Positions 38,095 to 47,995 of a stretch of DNA of 64,000 bases are shown here, piece by piece; within the stretch, counting starts at the first letter, position 1, and every line of letters begins with the position of its first letter. Under the pieces are notes generated by a model that saw only the letters and a program-made list of their open reading frames with translations, had not been told where the DNA came from and did not search any database. A program made the translations under genes and the position numbers. The stretch spans positions 128,001 to 192,000 of the forward strand of contig CAWCVB010000001.1 of NCBI GenBank assembly GCA_963798915.1, in the 5' to 3' direction. Source of the stretch: an uncultured Gemmatimonadales bacterium. Its GTDB lineage: Bacteria > Gemmatimonadota > Gemmatimonadetes > Gemmatimonadales > GWC2-71-9.

Positions 38095-39644
38095 TGTCGC
38101 GTTTTGTAATGGCTCTTGCCGGGGTACTACTTCTCGGTGCCGGCGTCCAGGCGCCAGTGGCAGTCGACGGTCAACGGTCAAGAGTCAATGGTCAACGGTC
38201 AACGGTCAACAGTCAACGGTCAACGGTCCACAGTCCACGGTCAACGGTCAACGGTCAACGGACAACCGTCATCGGACAACCGTCGACCGTCGACCGTCGG
38301 CCCTCGACCATTGTCCCTGCCCCCTGGCTCACCGCCGACCCCGCCGACTCGCTCTACCGGGCAGCGCGTGAGGCGCTCAACCACAACCGCTACCGCGAGG
38401 CGTTGGACACTTTCCGCGAACTCGAGCGCCGCTATCCCAGGTCGGGCTACGTCGCCGACGGGCTCTACTGGCAGGCGTTTGCGCTCTACCGTCTCGGCGG
38501 CCGAGCCAACCTGCAGAGGGCGCGGTCACAGCTGGATGAACAGAAGAACCGGTTCCCCGCAGCCGCGACCCGGGGCGACGCCGACGCGCTCGCCGTACGG
38601 ATCAGCTCCGCGCTGGTGCAGTATGGCGACGCCTCGGCGGACGAGGCGCTGTACAACGAGGCCCGGCTCGCGCAGACAGCGCCGCCGGCGCCACCCAGAG
38701 CGCCTCACATGCCGCCTTCAATCCCAGCTGCCAGGCTGGCGCCGGCACCCGGCATGGGCGACGACGACTGCGGCTCTGGTGACGATGCCAAGGCCATGGC
38801 CCTGCAGGGCATCATGCGGAACAACCCGGAGCGGGCTGTGCCCATCCTGGAGAAGGTGCTGGCCCGTCGTGACCCCGAGTCGGTCTGCCTCCGCCGGCAT
38901 GCACTATTCGTCCTGGCCTCCAGCAACAATCCGGCGGGCAGCAGGCTGCTGCTGCAGGCAGTGTCGAGCGATCCCGACAAGGAGGTACGGGAAGGCGCGG
39001 TGTTCTGGCTGGCGCAGACCCACGACCCGAAGGCCGTCGCGCTGCTCGACTCGGTACTCAAGGCATCGACGGACGAGGATGTGCAGCAGGCAGCGATGTT
39101 CGCGCTGAGCACCAAGAGGGATCCGGAGGCCCGGCGGGTCATGAAGAGTTACCTCAACAAGCCCGGTGTGTCGCCGGACGTGGCCGGAATGGCGCTGTTT
39201 CAGCTGGCGCGGGATCCGGAGACCACACCCGCCGAGCTGAAGCAGTACTACGCCAACGCCAGCAGCACCGAGATGAAGTCGCAGGTCCTGGTGGCGATGA
39301 TGACCCGGCGTGACAAGGACACCGACTGGTTGATGTCCATTGCCACCAACAAGAATGAGGACCACGAGCTTCGGCAGCAGGCGCTCATGGCCATGGTGCA
39401 GAGTGGCATGCCCACGGCCGAGCTGCTCAAGGTGTTCGATGCCATCCCGCCGGATGACGAGATGCAGGGCATGATGATGATGCTGATGGCGCAGCGGCCC
39501 AACGATCCGGCCATCGTGGACCGGCTCATGTCCATCGCCCGCTCGTCGAAGAACAAGGAGATGCAGCAGCAGGCCATCTTCTGGCTGAGCCAGTCGAAGG
39601 ACCCGCGTGCGACCAAGCTGCTCGAGGAGATCCTGGAACAATGA
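38094..39644 (+). CDS. Secreted TPR-like/HEAT-repeat protein
   Basis: ADSLYRAAREAL, YPRSGYVADGLYW, repeated A(V/I)FWL HEAT units. Confidence 0.82.
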   Translation: MSRFVMALAGVLLLGAGVQAPVAVDGQRSRVNGQRSTVNSQRSTVHSPRSTVNGQRTTVIGQPSTVDRRPSTIVPAPWLTADPADSLYRAAREALNHNRYREALDTFRELERRYPRSGYVADGLYWQAFALYRLGGRANLQRARSQLDEQKNRFPAAATRGDADALAVRISSALVQYGDASADEALYNEARLAQTAPPAPPRAPHMPPSIPAARLAPAPGMGDDDCGSGDDAKAMALQGIMRNNPERAVPILEKVLARRDPESVCLRRHALFVLASSNNPAGSRLLLQAVSSDPDKEVREGAVFWLAQTHDPKAVALLDSVLKASTDEDVQQAAMFALSTKRDPEARRVMKSYLNKPGVSPDVAGMALFQLARDPETTPAELKQYYANASSTEMKSQVLVAMMTRRDKDTDWLMSIATNKNEDHELRQQALMAMVQSGMPTAELLKVFDAIPPDDEMQGMMMMLMAQRPNDPAIVDRLMSIARSSKNKEMQQQAIFWLSQSKDPRATKLLEEILEQ

Positions 39645-40387
39645 GGGTGTCATGGCTGGTCGCCGTCCTGCTCGCGCCCGGGATGCTCCGGGCGCAGGCG
39701 GTGACGGAACGGGTCGGGCGGGCTCCCGATGGCACCGTGCGGATGAGCTACGCGGCGCGTGAGGGGGTCTGCGGCAACGGCAGCAACATCAGCATGTCGG
39801 ACGACGGCGATCGCCAGTGGAAGAGCGACTGCCAGCACGGACCGATCCGGCTCACCTTCCAGAAGTCCGGCACCACCATCAGCCACATCAAGGTGCGGGT
39901 GGGCGGTGCCTGGCGCACCGACGCGCCGCCTGCCACCGACCTCGGCATGGTGCCGGCAGCCGAAGCGGCGGACTTCCTGCTCAAGCTTGCCGCGAGCGGT
40001 GCAGCCGATGGTGACGACGCGATCATGGGCGCTCAGCTGGCCGACAGTGTGATGGTATGGCCCCGGCTGCTCGATCTGACCCGGAACAGGGACCTGCCCC
40101 CGAAGACCAGGCAGTCGGCCATCTTCTGGGTAGCGCAGGCGGCCGGCGACAAGGTAGTCAAGACCATGGGCGACATTGCCGCCGACCGGAGCGAGAATCG
40201 GGAGGTGCGCTCGAGTGCGCTGTTTGCTTTGAGCAGACGGCCGGCGGACGAGAGCGTGCCGGCGCTGATCCGGCTTTCCAGTGACGACCGGGACCCGGAA
40301 ATCAGGCGCGAGGCGATGTTCTGGCTGGGCCAGAGCAAGGATCCGCGGGCACTGGAGTATTTCGAGAAGGTGCTGACGGCAAGATAG
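39641..40387 (+). CDS. Secreted HEAT-repeat protein
   Basis: AIFWVAQ, ALFALS, AMFWLGQSKDPRA. Confidence 0.82.
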   Translation: MRVSWLVAVLLAPGMLRAQAVTERVGRAPDGTVRMSYAAREGVCGNGSNISMSDDGDRQWKSDCQHGPIRLTFQKSGTTISHIKVRVGGAWRTDAPPATDLGMVPAAEAADFLLKLAASGAADGDDAIMGAQLADSVMVWPRLLDLTRNRDLPPKTRQSAIFWVAQAAGDKVVKTMGDIAADRSENREVRSSALFALSRRPADESVPALIRLSSDDRDPEIRREAMFWLGQSKDPRALEYFEKVLTAR

Positions 40388-40559
40388 GGCGGGATGGGCG
40401 GGATGGGCGGGATGGGCGGGATGGGCGGGATGGGCGGGATGGGCGGGCCGAAACTCGCCCATACGTCATTCCCGCGAAAGCGGGAATCCATGAGGGCCAC
40501 CCCCGGGCCAAGTCGCCATGAGCAAGCCTCTCATGGACCCCCGCCTGCGCGGGGGTGAC
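40387..40559. repeat. (GGGCGGGAT)x6, CCGAAACTCGCCCA, then a 95 bp GTCA...TGAC element containing ATTCCC-N8-GGGAAT
   Basis: Directly visible. Confidence 0.85.
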
Positions 40560-40588
40560 GATCATGCGAGCGCCCGCTCCTCCAGCTC

Positions 40589-42060
40589 TCAGCCGCCCTC
40601 TTCCTTCACTTCCCCAGCATGCTCATTGAAGAACACCGTCGAATCGAGGGCGCCGCGCAGAATGTCGGCCGGATTGGTGGGGTGGCCCATGATCGTCGCT
40701 CGTCGGGCGAGTTCCTGCAGGTACACCGAGTCCAGCGCGGCGGCTGGAGAAGATCGGCTCATTGAGCAGCAGGTGGCGAGGGACCAAGATAGAGATAGGC
40801 ATCCACCCTCGCCGGGATGCCGCCGCGGCCTCCGCTTTCATTAGAGAAGAAGTATCCGTAGTCGAGATCAGCGAGCCAGGTGCCCCGAAGTGAAACGAGC
40901 GACGGCACCGGCCAGGACCTGAGCCGCGATTCCAGGTCATCGTTGTACCTGGTCAGTGGCGAACGGTTGCCGAAGCCGTTGTGGGCCATGATCACGTAGG
41001 TCATGTGCCGTCCGCCACCCGACTCAAATTTTCGTTCGTACATGGCGACCGCGCCGCCACCACCATGCATCAGGTGGCGAATCCCGAAAATCATGAGCGC
41101 CTTGCGGTGCCTGGCCAGGACTTCCCGCTCCATGACGGCAGCGATGTTTGCATCGCGATTCTGGAACGGTTGCACGTCATCACGATTGCTGACCTTGCTC
41201 CAGTCCACCGGCGGATCGCCCGCGAGCACTCGCAACCGCTTGCCTCGGGGCAGCGACAAGTTGATCTGGCGCACCAGCGGGAAGAGCTGCTCATAGAAGG
41301 TCGCCAGTCCGCACATCGGCTGCGTCGTATTGCGCCAGGCATTGCGGGCCTCGGCGAGCGGCACGTCCTCGCCGGCGATGTAGCGGTCCAGCACCGGCTG
41401 ATAGAGCGAGTTGCCGCATTCCACCACGATGTCGTTTACCGTTTCCGGAAAAGCAGGGTCCCGGATGAGCCCGAGCATGAAGTGGTCAAAGTCCTGATTG
41501 GCGTAGGAGAGAATGCCGAGCCCGACCACCTCATGCGTGGCGAAGGCGTCGAGGATCGCCTTTGGTGCATCCACCGGTTTCGGCTCTCGCCCCTTCGGAT
41601 GAGGAGGTTCGGCACCGATGGCGTGAGTGACATGCCGATTACCACCGCCGCCCTGGCGGCCGGACGCCTGACCTGAGCCGCCTTTGGTGAGCACAAATGG
41701 CAGGGTCATGCCCTCTTGAGGATTGGTGATGGATCCTCGCATCTGCTTGCCGACAATGGTTGCCGTAGCCGTGAACCGGTCCGAGCCACCCTCCGGATGT
41801 GTGACATTGACCTCGAAGGAGAGCTGCGCGCCTTCGATCGTGCCGTTCTCGATTGCCAGCGGAGCATCGTTGGGTGGCGCGCTTGCAGTACCGGTCAGGG
41901 TGTCGCCCCTCGCCGCGAGGTTCAACACCAGGTCGATGGCGTTGCCATCCTGGTCGGTTGCCTCGCCCGACCATACTCCGTTCACATCCGTGGTCGGCGC
42001 CGCGCAGGCGGCGAGTGCCAGAAGCAGCACCGCAACTGGTGTGGCGATGTTCATGTTCAC
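40589..42060 (-). CDS. Lipoprotein with N-terminal beta domain and ChaN/EreA-like C-terminal domain; two apparent +1 frameshifts near 40782 and 40751
   Basis: LAAC lipobox; DIVVECGNSLYQ, RVLAGDPPVDW, VDAYLYLGP; plausible continuation LDSVYLQELARR in a shifted frame. Confidence 0.6.
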
Positions 42061-42365
42061 GGCCTGGTCATGGTGTGGGGGATACCATTGGCCGGCTGAC
42101 TGCTCGACATTCCTCTGCTGCTGGCAAGCGCAAAAAAGATCAGGAGCAACAAGGCGCCGACCAGGGCCACCCGTACACGCGCTTGAATCAGCGCATGGCG
42201 ACCGATGGCCATGGCGCCGCCGAGCGCCCAGCGGAGCGCAGGGACGTCGCCCTCCACGTAGTCCAATTCGTTCAGCATCGCGTCGGCCCAGCGCCGGCTC
42301 TCGCCGGGTGCAAGACATGCGGCGCCCCGGAGGATCCGGAAGGCCATTCCCCGGATGAATGGCAT
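42057..42365 (-). CDS. Small membrane protein of the PadR-associated type
   Basis: RRWADAMLNEL...ALRWALGG plus a TM segment; coupled to PadR. Confidence 0.6.
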   Translation of the reverse strand: MPFIRGMAFRILRGAACLAPGESRRWADAMLNELDYVEGDVPALRWALGGAMAIGRHALIQARVRVALVGALLLLIFFALASSRGMSSSQPANGIPHTMTRP

Positions 42366-42679
42366 CAGCCCTCCGACTCGGCGAGACGCGCCCGTGCGGC
42401 ATGGCGCGGGGCATGGGCCCGCACATACTCTCGGGCCGCCTGCACGCCGGACCGGGTGAGGCGATAGACGTGCCGCGGGGGGCGACCGGTCCGGGTCTTC
42501 TCCCACATGGACTCGAGCAGCATGTTCGCTTCAAGCCGCATGAGGATGGGATAGAGGGTGCCGGACTTCACTCCGGTGTCCCGGCTGATGTCGTACCCGT
42601 AGCGCCAGTCACCCGGGGAGGCAAGGAAGGCCTGGAGCACCAGGAGCGTCTGTGGCGAGCGGCGAAGTGGCAGGGGCAT
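42365..42679 (-). CDS. PadR family regulator
   Basis: YGYDISRDTGVKSGTLYPILMRLE...RPPRHVYRLT. Confidence 0.9.
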   Translation of the reverse strand: MPLPLRRSPQTLLVLQAFLASPGDWRYGYDISRDTGVKSGTLYPILMRLEANMLLESMWEKTRTGRPPRHVYRLTRSGVQAAREYVRAHAPRHAARARLAESEG

Positions 42680-42684
42680 GGGTA

Positions 42685-42702
42685 AATCTATATATGTAGA
42701 TT
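42685..42702. promoter_or_regulatory. Probable PadR operator palindrome AATCTATATATGTAGATT
   Basis: AT-rich inverted repeat immediately upstream of the padR start. Confidence 0.55.
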
Positions 42703-42775
42703 ACTAAATGGCAAGGGAGGCTCGAGGCCGGCTTCCCTTCGCACGCTGTGGAGGAGGAGTCTTTACATTTCCCGG

Positions 42776-43807
42776 ATGCGCATCCACCTCCTCGCGGGCA
42801 CCCTTTTGCTTGGCGCCTGCGGCAAGCCGGCTCCGCCTGCTCCGCCCGTGCTCCTCACCGCCGGTGCCGATACCATCCACGTGAGCATCCAGCAGGACGC
42901 CGACGCCGTGTGGCTTGGCGCCCAGCGCTACGCTGTCCTGTCCCCGGGCGACAACAGCATCGCCCTGCTCGATTTCGGGACGAAGAGCTCGACCCTCCTC
43001 AAGGTTGGCAACCGGATCGAGCACCCGGTCCGGATCTTTGGCCTGGCGGATACCCTGTTCGTGGGCGACTGGGGACGCCAGCGGGTCACCGCCTGGACCG
43101 CAGGCGGCGATTTCGTGCGGGAGATGCCGATCACGGGCGGCGCCGTGCCGGCGGCGATCGATCGCCGGGAGCAGTTGTATGCTGCGCTTGCGCCCGATCC
43201 GCGGCCGGACGGCAGCGGCAATCGCGACAGCGCGGCGGTGGTCCGGTTTGCGGCCGGTGGAGCTCAGGCCGATACCGTGGCTCGGCTCACGCCGCTCGAC
43301 CTCGCGAAGGTGGTGACTGACCAGGGCACCAGGTTCGACCGCCGCATCTTCAGCGGCGAGGACGCCTGGGGCGCGCTCGATGACGGGTCGGTCTGGGTCG
43401 CCCGCCACTATCACAATCGGGTTGACTGGCGCGACACCACCGGCAAGTGGCACAGGGGCCAGCCGCTCGAGGACCGGATACTGGAGGTCACACCGACCGA
43501 CCGCGAGCGCTTCATCGCGAGCTTTCCGCCCGAGCTCCGCCACACCGCCAACATGCTCCAGTTCGCGCCAGTCAAGCCACCGTTCGTGCGGGCCTTCTCC
43601 GGCGCGGACGGTCACGTCTGGCTCGAGAAGAGCCGCTACGTGGCGGACACCATGCAGATGTACCACGAGGTAGGACGCGACGGAAAGCTGGTGAACACCG
43701 TCGAGGTACATGGCTGGAGCCGGATCCTCGCCGTCTCACCCGACCAGGTGCTGATCTCGACACCGGATTCGACAGGCGGATTTACGATGGGAGTGGCGGG
43801 AAGATAG
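42776..43807 (+). CDS. Beta-propeller lipoprotein (same broad family, lacking the GPGE motif)
   Basis: LGAC; EDAWGALDDGSVWVAR resembles #6 (QDQWGVLPDGSIWILR); KPPF...ADGHVWL. Confidence 0.7.
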   Translation: MRIHLLAGTLLLGACGKPAPPAPPVLLTAGADTIHVSIQQDADAVWLGAQRYAVLSPGDNSIALLDFGTKSSTLLKVGNRIEHPVRIFGLADTLFVGDWGRQRVTAWTAGGDFVREMPITGGAVPAAIDRREQLYAALAPDPRPDGSGNRDSAAVVRFAAGGAQADTVARLTPLDLAKVVTDQGTRFDRRIFSGEDAWGALDDGSVWVARHYHNRVDWRDTTGKWHRGQPLEDRILEVTPTDRERFIASFPPELRHTANMLQFAPVKPPFVRAFSGADGHVWLEKSRYVADTMQMYHEVGRDGKLVNTVEVHGWSRILAVSPDQVLISTPDSTGGFTMGVAGR

Positions 43808-43820
43808 GCGGACAGATGGA

Positions 43821-43938
43821 CCGAAGCTCGCCCATGCGTCATTGCGAGCACGCCATCGGTGTGCGAAGCAATCGGGTGGCCCGGACAGGGCGCTCCCGCG
43901 ACCCGATTGCTTCGGCCGCCATGCGGCCTCGCAATGAC
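43821..43938. repeat. CCGAAGCTCGCCCA followed by a GTCATTGCGAG-type REP
   Basis: Inverted termini GTCATTGCGAG/CTCGCAATGAC. Confidence 0.8.
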
Positions 43939-44096
43939 GCGCGAGGATGATGTCGCGGCGGGCGAATCCGCCAGGTAATCCGGACTGACACCCATGCCGA
44001 CCTCCGCAGGCCGCCGAGCCGTCGAGCCCCGTCTGTCGAATACCGGTCTGCTCATTCGACGTGATGGCAGAGACATCCTTGACGACGGAGACGACC

Positions 44097-45041
44097 GTGA
44101 AGATCAAAATTGCCATCGCTTGGCTTGCCACGGCGGCAGGATTAGCCGCCGCACCCGCCCACGCTCAGACTCAAACTCCTGAAGGAGCACGCCCTGTGGA
44201 GGCCTCCGTCCCCAAACCGGTGAAGACCGGCTACGTCACCGCCAATGGCATCAAGTACTACTACGCCACTTATGGAAAAGGCGATCCTCTCCTGTTGCTT
44301 CATGGCGGGCTGGGGCAGATCGAGATGTTCGTGCCAGTACTGGGCGCGCTTGCCGCCGAGCGGCAGGTCATCGGCGTTGATCTGCAGGGGCACGGCCGCA
44401 CCCGCCTGGGCAATCGGCCGATCAATCTGGTCGATATCGGCGACGACCTTGCAGTCATCATCCAGACGCTCGGGTACAAGCAGGTGGACGTCATGGGTTA
44501 TTCCTTCGGTGGGGGCGCCGCGCTCCGGCTCGCCGCTCAGCACCCGTCGCTGGTGCGCCGGCTCGTCCTCGTGTCCACCCCATTCGCGCGCGACGGCTTC
44601 TATCCGGAGATGCTTCCGCAGCAGGCGCAGGTGGGTGCCGCCATGGCCGACATGATGAAGGACACGCCCATGTATAAATCCTACATGGCGATCGCGCCGG
44701 ATCCGGGCGAGTTCCCGAAACTGCTCGATGCGATGGGTGCATTCATGCGCCAGCCGTACAACTGGTCGGGTGACGTGAAGCGGCTGACGATGCCGGTGAT
44801 GCTCGTCTACGGTGACGCCGACATGATCCGTCTCGACCACGCCGCCGAGTTCTACCACCTCCTCGGCGGAGCCCAGCGCGACGCCGGCTGGAACCGTGAG
44901 CACATGGCGCGGAATCGGCTGGCGATCCTGCCGGACCTTACGCACTACGAGATTGGCGTCTCGCCTGTGCTCGTGCGAACGGTGCTCCCATTCTTGAATG
45001 GCGTGAGCGGGGCGCAGGGCTGGAGCGGGGACGTGCGCTAG
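44097..45041 (+). CDS. Secreted alpha/beta hydrolase
   Basis: LLLHGG, DLQGHGRT, GYSFG nucleophile elbow. Confidence 0.88.
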   Translation: MKIKIAIAWLATAAGLAAAPAHAQTQTPEGARPVEASVPKPVKTGYVTANGIKYYYATYGKGDPLLLLHGGLGQIEMFVPVLGALAAERQVIGVDLQGHGRTRLGNRPINLVDIGDDLAVIIQTLGYKQVDVMGYSFGGGAALRLAAQHPSLVRRLVLVSTPFARDGFYPEMLPQQAQVGAAMADMMKDTPMYKSYMAIAPDPGEFPKLLDAMGAFMRQPYNWSGDVKRLTMPVMLVYGDADMIRLDHAAEFYHLLGGAQRDAGWNREHMARNRLAILPDLTHYEIGVSPVLVRTVLPFLNGVSGAQGWSGDVR

Positions 45042-45213
45042 GTAGCTGGCTGGCCAGTTAACCCGGTATCATCCGGCCGAGCTCCACTGAGTATGAGGCG
45101 TCGGCGCGCGCATGCGCGGCACGCCTCAGCTCTCAGCTCTTGGCCTTCAGCGCTTAGCCTTCAGCGCTTAGCGCTTAGCGCTCAGCGCTCAGCTCTCAGC
45201 CTTCAGCATCACA

Positions 45214-45561
45214 TCACCCCTCCACCAGCCGCTTCAGCCTCCCGATCGCCGCATCCCATTGCGCCGACACCTGGTCGAGGTAGCGCCGGGCCACCTCCAG
45301 CCGCTTCGTTTCGAGCGACCAGACCTGTTCCCTTCCCAGACGTGTGCCATGCGCGAGCCCCGCTTCCTCGAGCGCATGCAGATGCTTGGTCACCGCCTGG
45401 CGGGTGACGCTGGTACCTTCGCTGAGCCGGCTGATGGAGAGCGGCCCTTCCCGGCAGAGCCGGGTAACGAGGCCCAGGCGGGTCTCGTCTCCCAGTGCCG
45501 AGAAGATCGGTGCGGCGCCGCTAGGGGCGGCCCGCGGGCCGCCCCTACTCGGCGCCGACAT
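45214..45561 (-). CDS. ArsR/SmtB family regulator
   Basis: FSALGDETRL, TRQAVTKHLHALEEAGL. Confidence 0.88.
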   Translation of the reverse strand: MSAPSRGGPRAAPSGAAPIFSALGDETRLGLVTRLCREGPLSISRLSEGTSVTRQAVTKHLHALEEAGLAHGTRLGREQVWSLETKRLEVARRYLDQVSAQWDAAIGRLKRLVEG

Positions 45562-46021
45562 ACTTCTGAATGTTCCTGATCTGCCCGTTCCATCCGCCGT
45601 CGTTCATCCGGAACGCTTCGACCCGGCGGTCCGCCGGCAGGGCGTCGAAGCCCGACTCGATGATCGTGAGCTCGGTGCCGCCTTCGGAGCCTTTGGCGTC
45701 GGCCAGGTGAAACTCCACCAGCGTCATTCGCTCCGCCGAGTAGTCCACCTTGGGGTCAACGGCACCGGGATGCCAGCGGTAGGAGAACAGCGTCTCCGGC
45801 TTCATCTGCTCCACCCGGATTTCGAGTGTGACGTGCTCGTAGCCGGGAACGGTGAGCTGGCCCTGAAGGGTGACGCCGGGCTTGAATGCGCCATCGATCT
45901 TCATCTGGAACCATTGGCCGAACTCCTGGGCGTCGGCGATGGCGCGCCAGACCCGGCTCCGCGGGGCGTTGAGGGTGACGTGTTTTTCGATGCGGTCGGT
46001 GGTGGAGCTGGCGGCGGTCAT
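45545..46021 (-). CDS. SRPBCC/AHSA1 family protein
   Basis: IEKHVTLNAPRSRVWRAI, FSYRWHP, TELTIIESGF. Confidence 0.9.
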   Translation of the reverse strand: MTAASSTTDRIEKHVTLNAPRSRVWRAIADAQEFGQWFQMKIDGAFKPGVTLQGQLTVPGYEHVTLEIRVEQMKPETLFSYRWHPGAVDPKVDYSAERMTLVEFHLADAKGSEGGTELTIIESGFDALPADRRVEAFRMNDGGWNGQIRNIQKYVGAE

Positions 46022-46085
46022 GATGGACTCCGATGGTCCTGGTTCGGGGTTGGCCGGCTGTGCGGCGGGCGACTGGATCCAATAT

Positions 46086-46105
46086 ATGCAACCTATTAGT
46101 TGCGT
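46086..46105. promoter_or_regulatory. Probable ArsR operator ATGCAAC-N6-GTTGCGT
   Basis: Inverted repeat upstream of the SRPBCC-ArsR operon. Confidence 0.55.
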
Positions 46106-46248
46106 GTCAAGATGGCCCTGCCAAGCCTTGGCGCGACCGTCAGCGCTCAGCTTCAGCCTGCAATCGTCGGCAAGACCTTGTGCCGCAATCACATGCTTGA
46201 TTGCCTGCCGATTACTCAATGAAATGAGCAGTTTTACTCGTGAGTAAA

Positions 46249-46538
46249 ATGCTCTGCACGCGCTCTCCCGAGCCGAGACGCCTGATCCAGTTCGCAGCCC
46301 GCGACGAATGCGAGCTGTTTGCTGGCGCGACCGCAACCGTGAGGTGGACTTCGTGCTCCAGCGGGGGAAGCGGATCGTGGCCGTCGAAGTGAAGAGCGGC
46401 CTGGCGAGTAGCTCGCGGTCCGGGCTGACCGCATTCAGCGAAAAGTATCAGCCGACGCGGACGCTTCTGGTAGGCGGCGACGGGATCCCCTTGGGAGAAT
46501 TTCTGGCGATGCCGGTGGGGCACTGGCTGCAATCTTGA
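46249..46538 (+). pseudogene. Remnant of an AAA ATPase/DUF4143 protein (C-terminal nuclease-like end only)
   Basis: WRDRNREVDFVLQRGKRIVAVEVKSG; no Walker A region present. Confidence 0.7.
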
Positions 46539-46944
46539 CGGACGATCGCTGGGCATCCTGACCAATTGATGTTTCTGACCAAAACGCGCGGCGAGATCTC
46601 GCGCAGAAATATGAAGTTAGTCGACACGCTCTCACTCTTCGTCTCGTAAGGCTTCAACTCCTCGCCGACCAGGAGGATCGCCTCCACACGCTTCCATCCT
46701 CGTCATGGCTGTGCTCGAAATCACCAAACGCAATCGCCCCGGTTGCGAATGAGCTCCTGTACTGCCCTGGACCGATTGTTCGTGCCCCCTTTCATATCGT
46801 CCCGAGCGTCTCACATAGATGCTTCCCATGCTGAGCATGGGAACCTTTGAGGCATCGCTGGGATACAGGATGCGCTACGGGGCGCCTTGCTCCACGCCCG
46901 CCCGGATTGCACAAGCGTCAAGCAGGCCGCATCTTAGAGCGTCC

Positions 46945-47205
46945 ATGCCCCAGCCAACAATGCTCGCCCTGATCCTCGGGGCACTGTTCTTCACCATGGC
47001 GTCGGTGCTGCTGCTCGGCTTCGCCATCCAGCGGCGGCCTAATCAGGAGAAGGGAATCGACTTTCGCCGGCCCCAGAGGAGCCTCGGACTTTGGAACCCC
47101 AGCGATTACACGCGCCGGGGACGGAGATATCTGTACCGGCCGTGGCTGACGAATATCATCGGAGCTGGCTGCGGGTGCGTGCTAATCAGGCACCACTGCC
47201 ACTGA
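46945..47205 (+). CDS. Small membrane protein
   Basis: Hydrophobic N-terminal helix. Confidence 0.4.
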   Translation: MPQPTMLALILGALFFTMASVLLLGFAIQRRPNQEKGIDFRRPQRSLGLWNPSDYTRRGRRYLYRPWLTNIIGAGCGCVLIRHHCH

Positions 47206-47254
47206 GAATCCCACACGCGTCATGACCTTAACGCTGGCGGCCGAAGGAGCTCCC

Positions 47255-47824
47255 ATGACTGAAGCGTCCGTCGCTGCGATTCCGCCAGTCCCCCGCTCCA
47301 CCTTTGTCAGCGTGCTCGCGTGGCTGGGGATTATCCTCTTCGGCTCCGGCGCCCTCATGTTTGGTGTTGAAGGAATCGTGTTCCGGCCCATCATCGAGCA
47401 GACCGTCGTGACGCGGATGACGGCAGATTCACTGACACCCTTGGGACCCCAGACGGCAGCGGCCGGCGCCGCGATGATGCCATACTTCTTCCTCGCCTTC
47501 GTCGCCGTCATGGCGCTTGGCGTCGCGGCATCCATCGGCCTGCTCCACCGCCGCAACTGGGGACGGATCATGATCATCGCCTTCCTGATCCTGAACACGA
47601 TCGGCGCCCTGTTCGGCTTGCTCGGCGGGCTCATGCTGGGCAGCATTCCAATGGCCGGGCCGCCATCTGGACTCACGAGCGGCCCGGCATTCGATCAGAT
47701 GATGAGCGCCATGCGGATTCTCATGATCGGCGGGTCAATCGTAGTGGCGCTTATCGGCGGCTGGCTCACCTACCGGTTGTTATCGAAGTCCGTAAGTAAA
47801 GAATTTGCGGCGGAGACTGACTGA
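47255..47824 (+). CDS. Four-TM membrane protein
   Basis: AAGGAG RBS; PRSTFVSVLAW, GLLHRRNWGR. Confidence 0.7.
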   Translation: MTEASVAAIPPVPRSTFVSVLAWLGIILFGSGALMFGVEGIVFRPIIEQTVVTRMTADSLTPLGPQTAAAGAAMMPYFFLAFVAVMALGVAASIGLLHRRNWGRIMIIAFLILNTIGALFGLLGGLMLGSIPMAGPPSGLTSGPAFDQMMSAMRILMIGGSIVVALIGGWLTYRLLSKSVSKEFAAETD

Positions 47825-47995
47825 CCAGTGAATTGCTCGACGGTCCAGGTTCAACGGTCCACAGGATGAAGACCTACGGCCAAAGACCGACGAGTCTGTC
47901 GTGCTTGCGTGCTTTCGTCTCTCCGTGAGCAACCTTCCGTCACCGGCCTTCCCCTCAATCGCTTCGCCAGAAAGAGAAGGCGTCCGAGATTGGCC

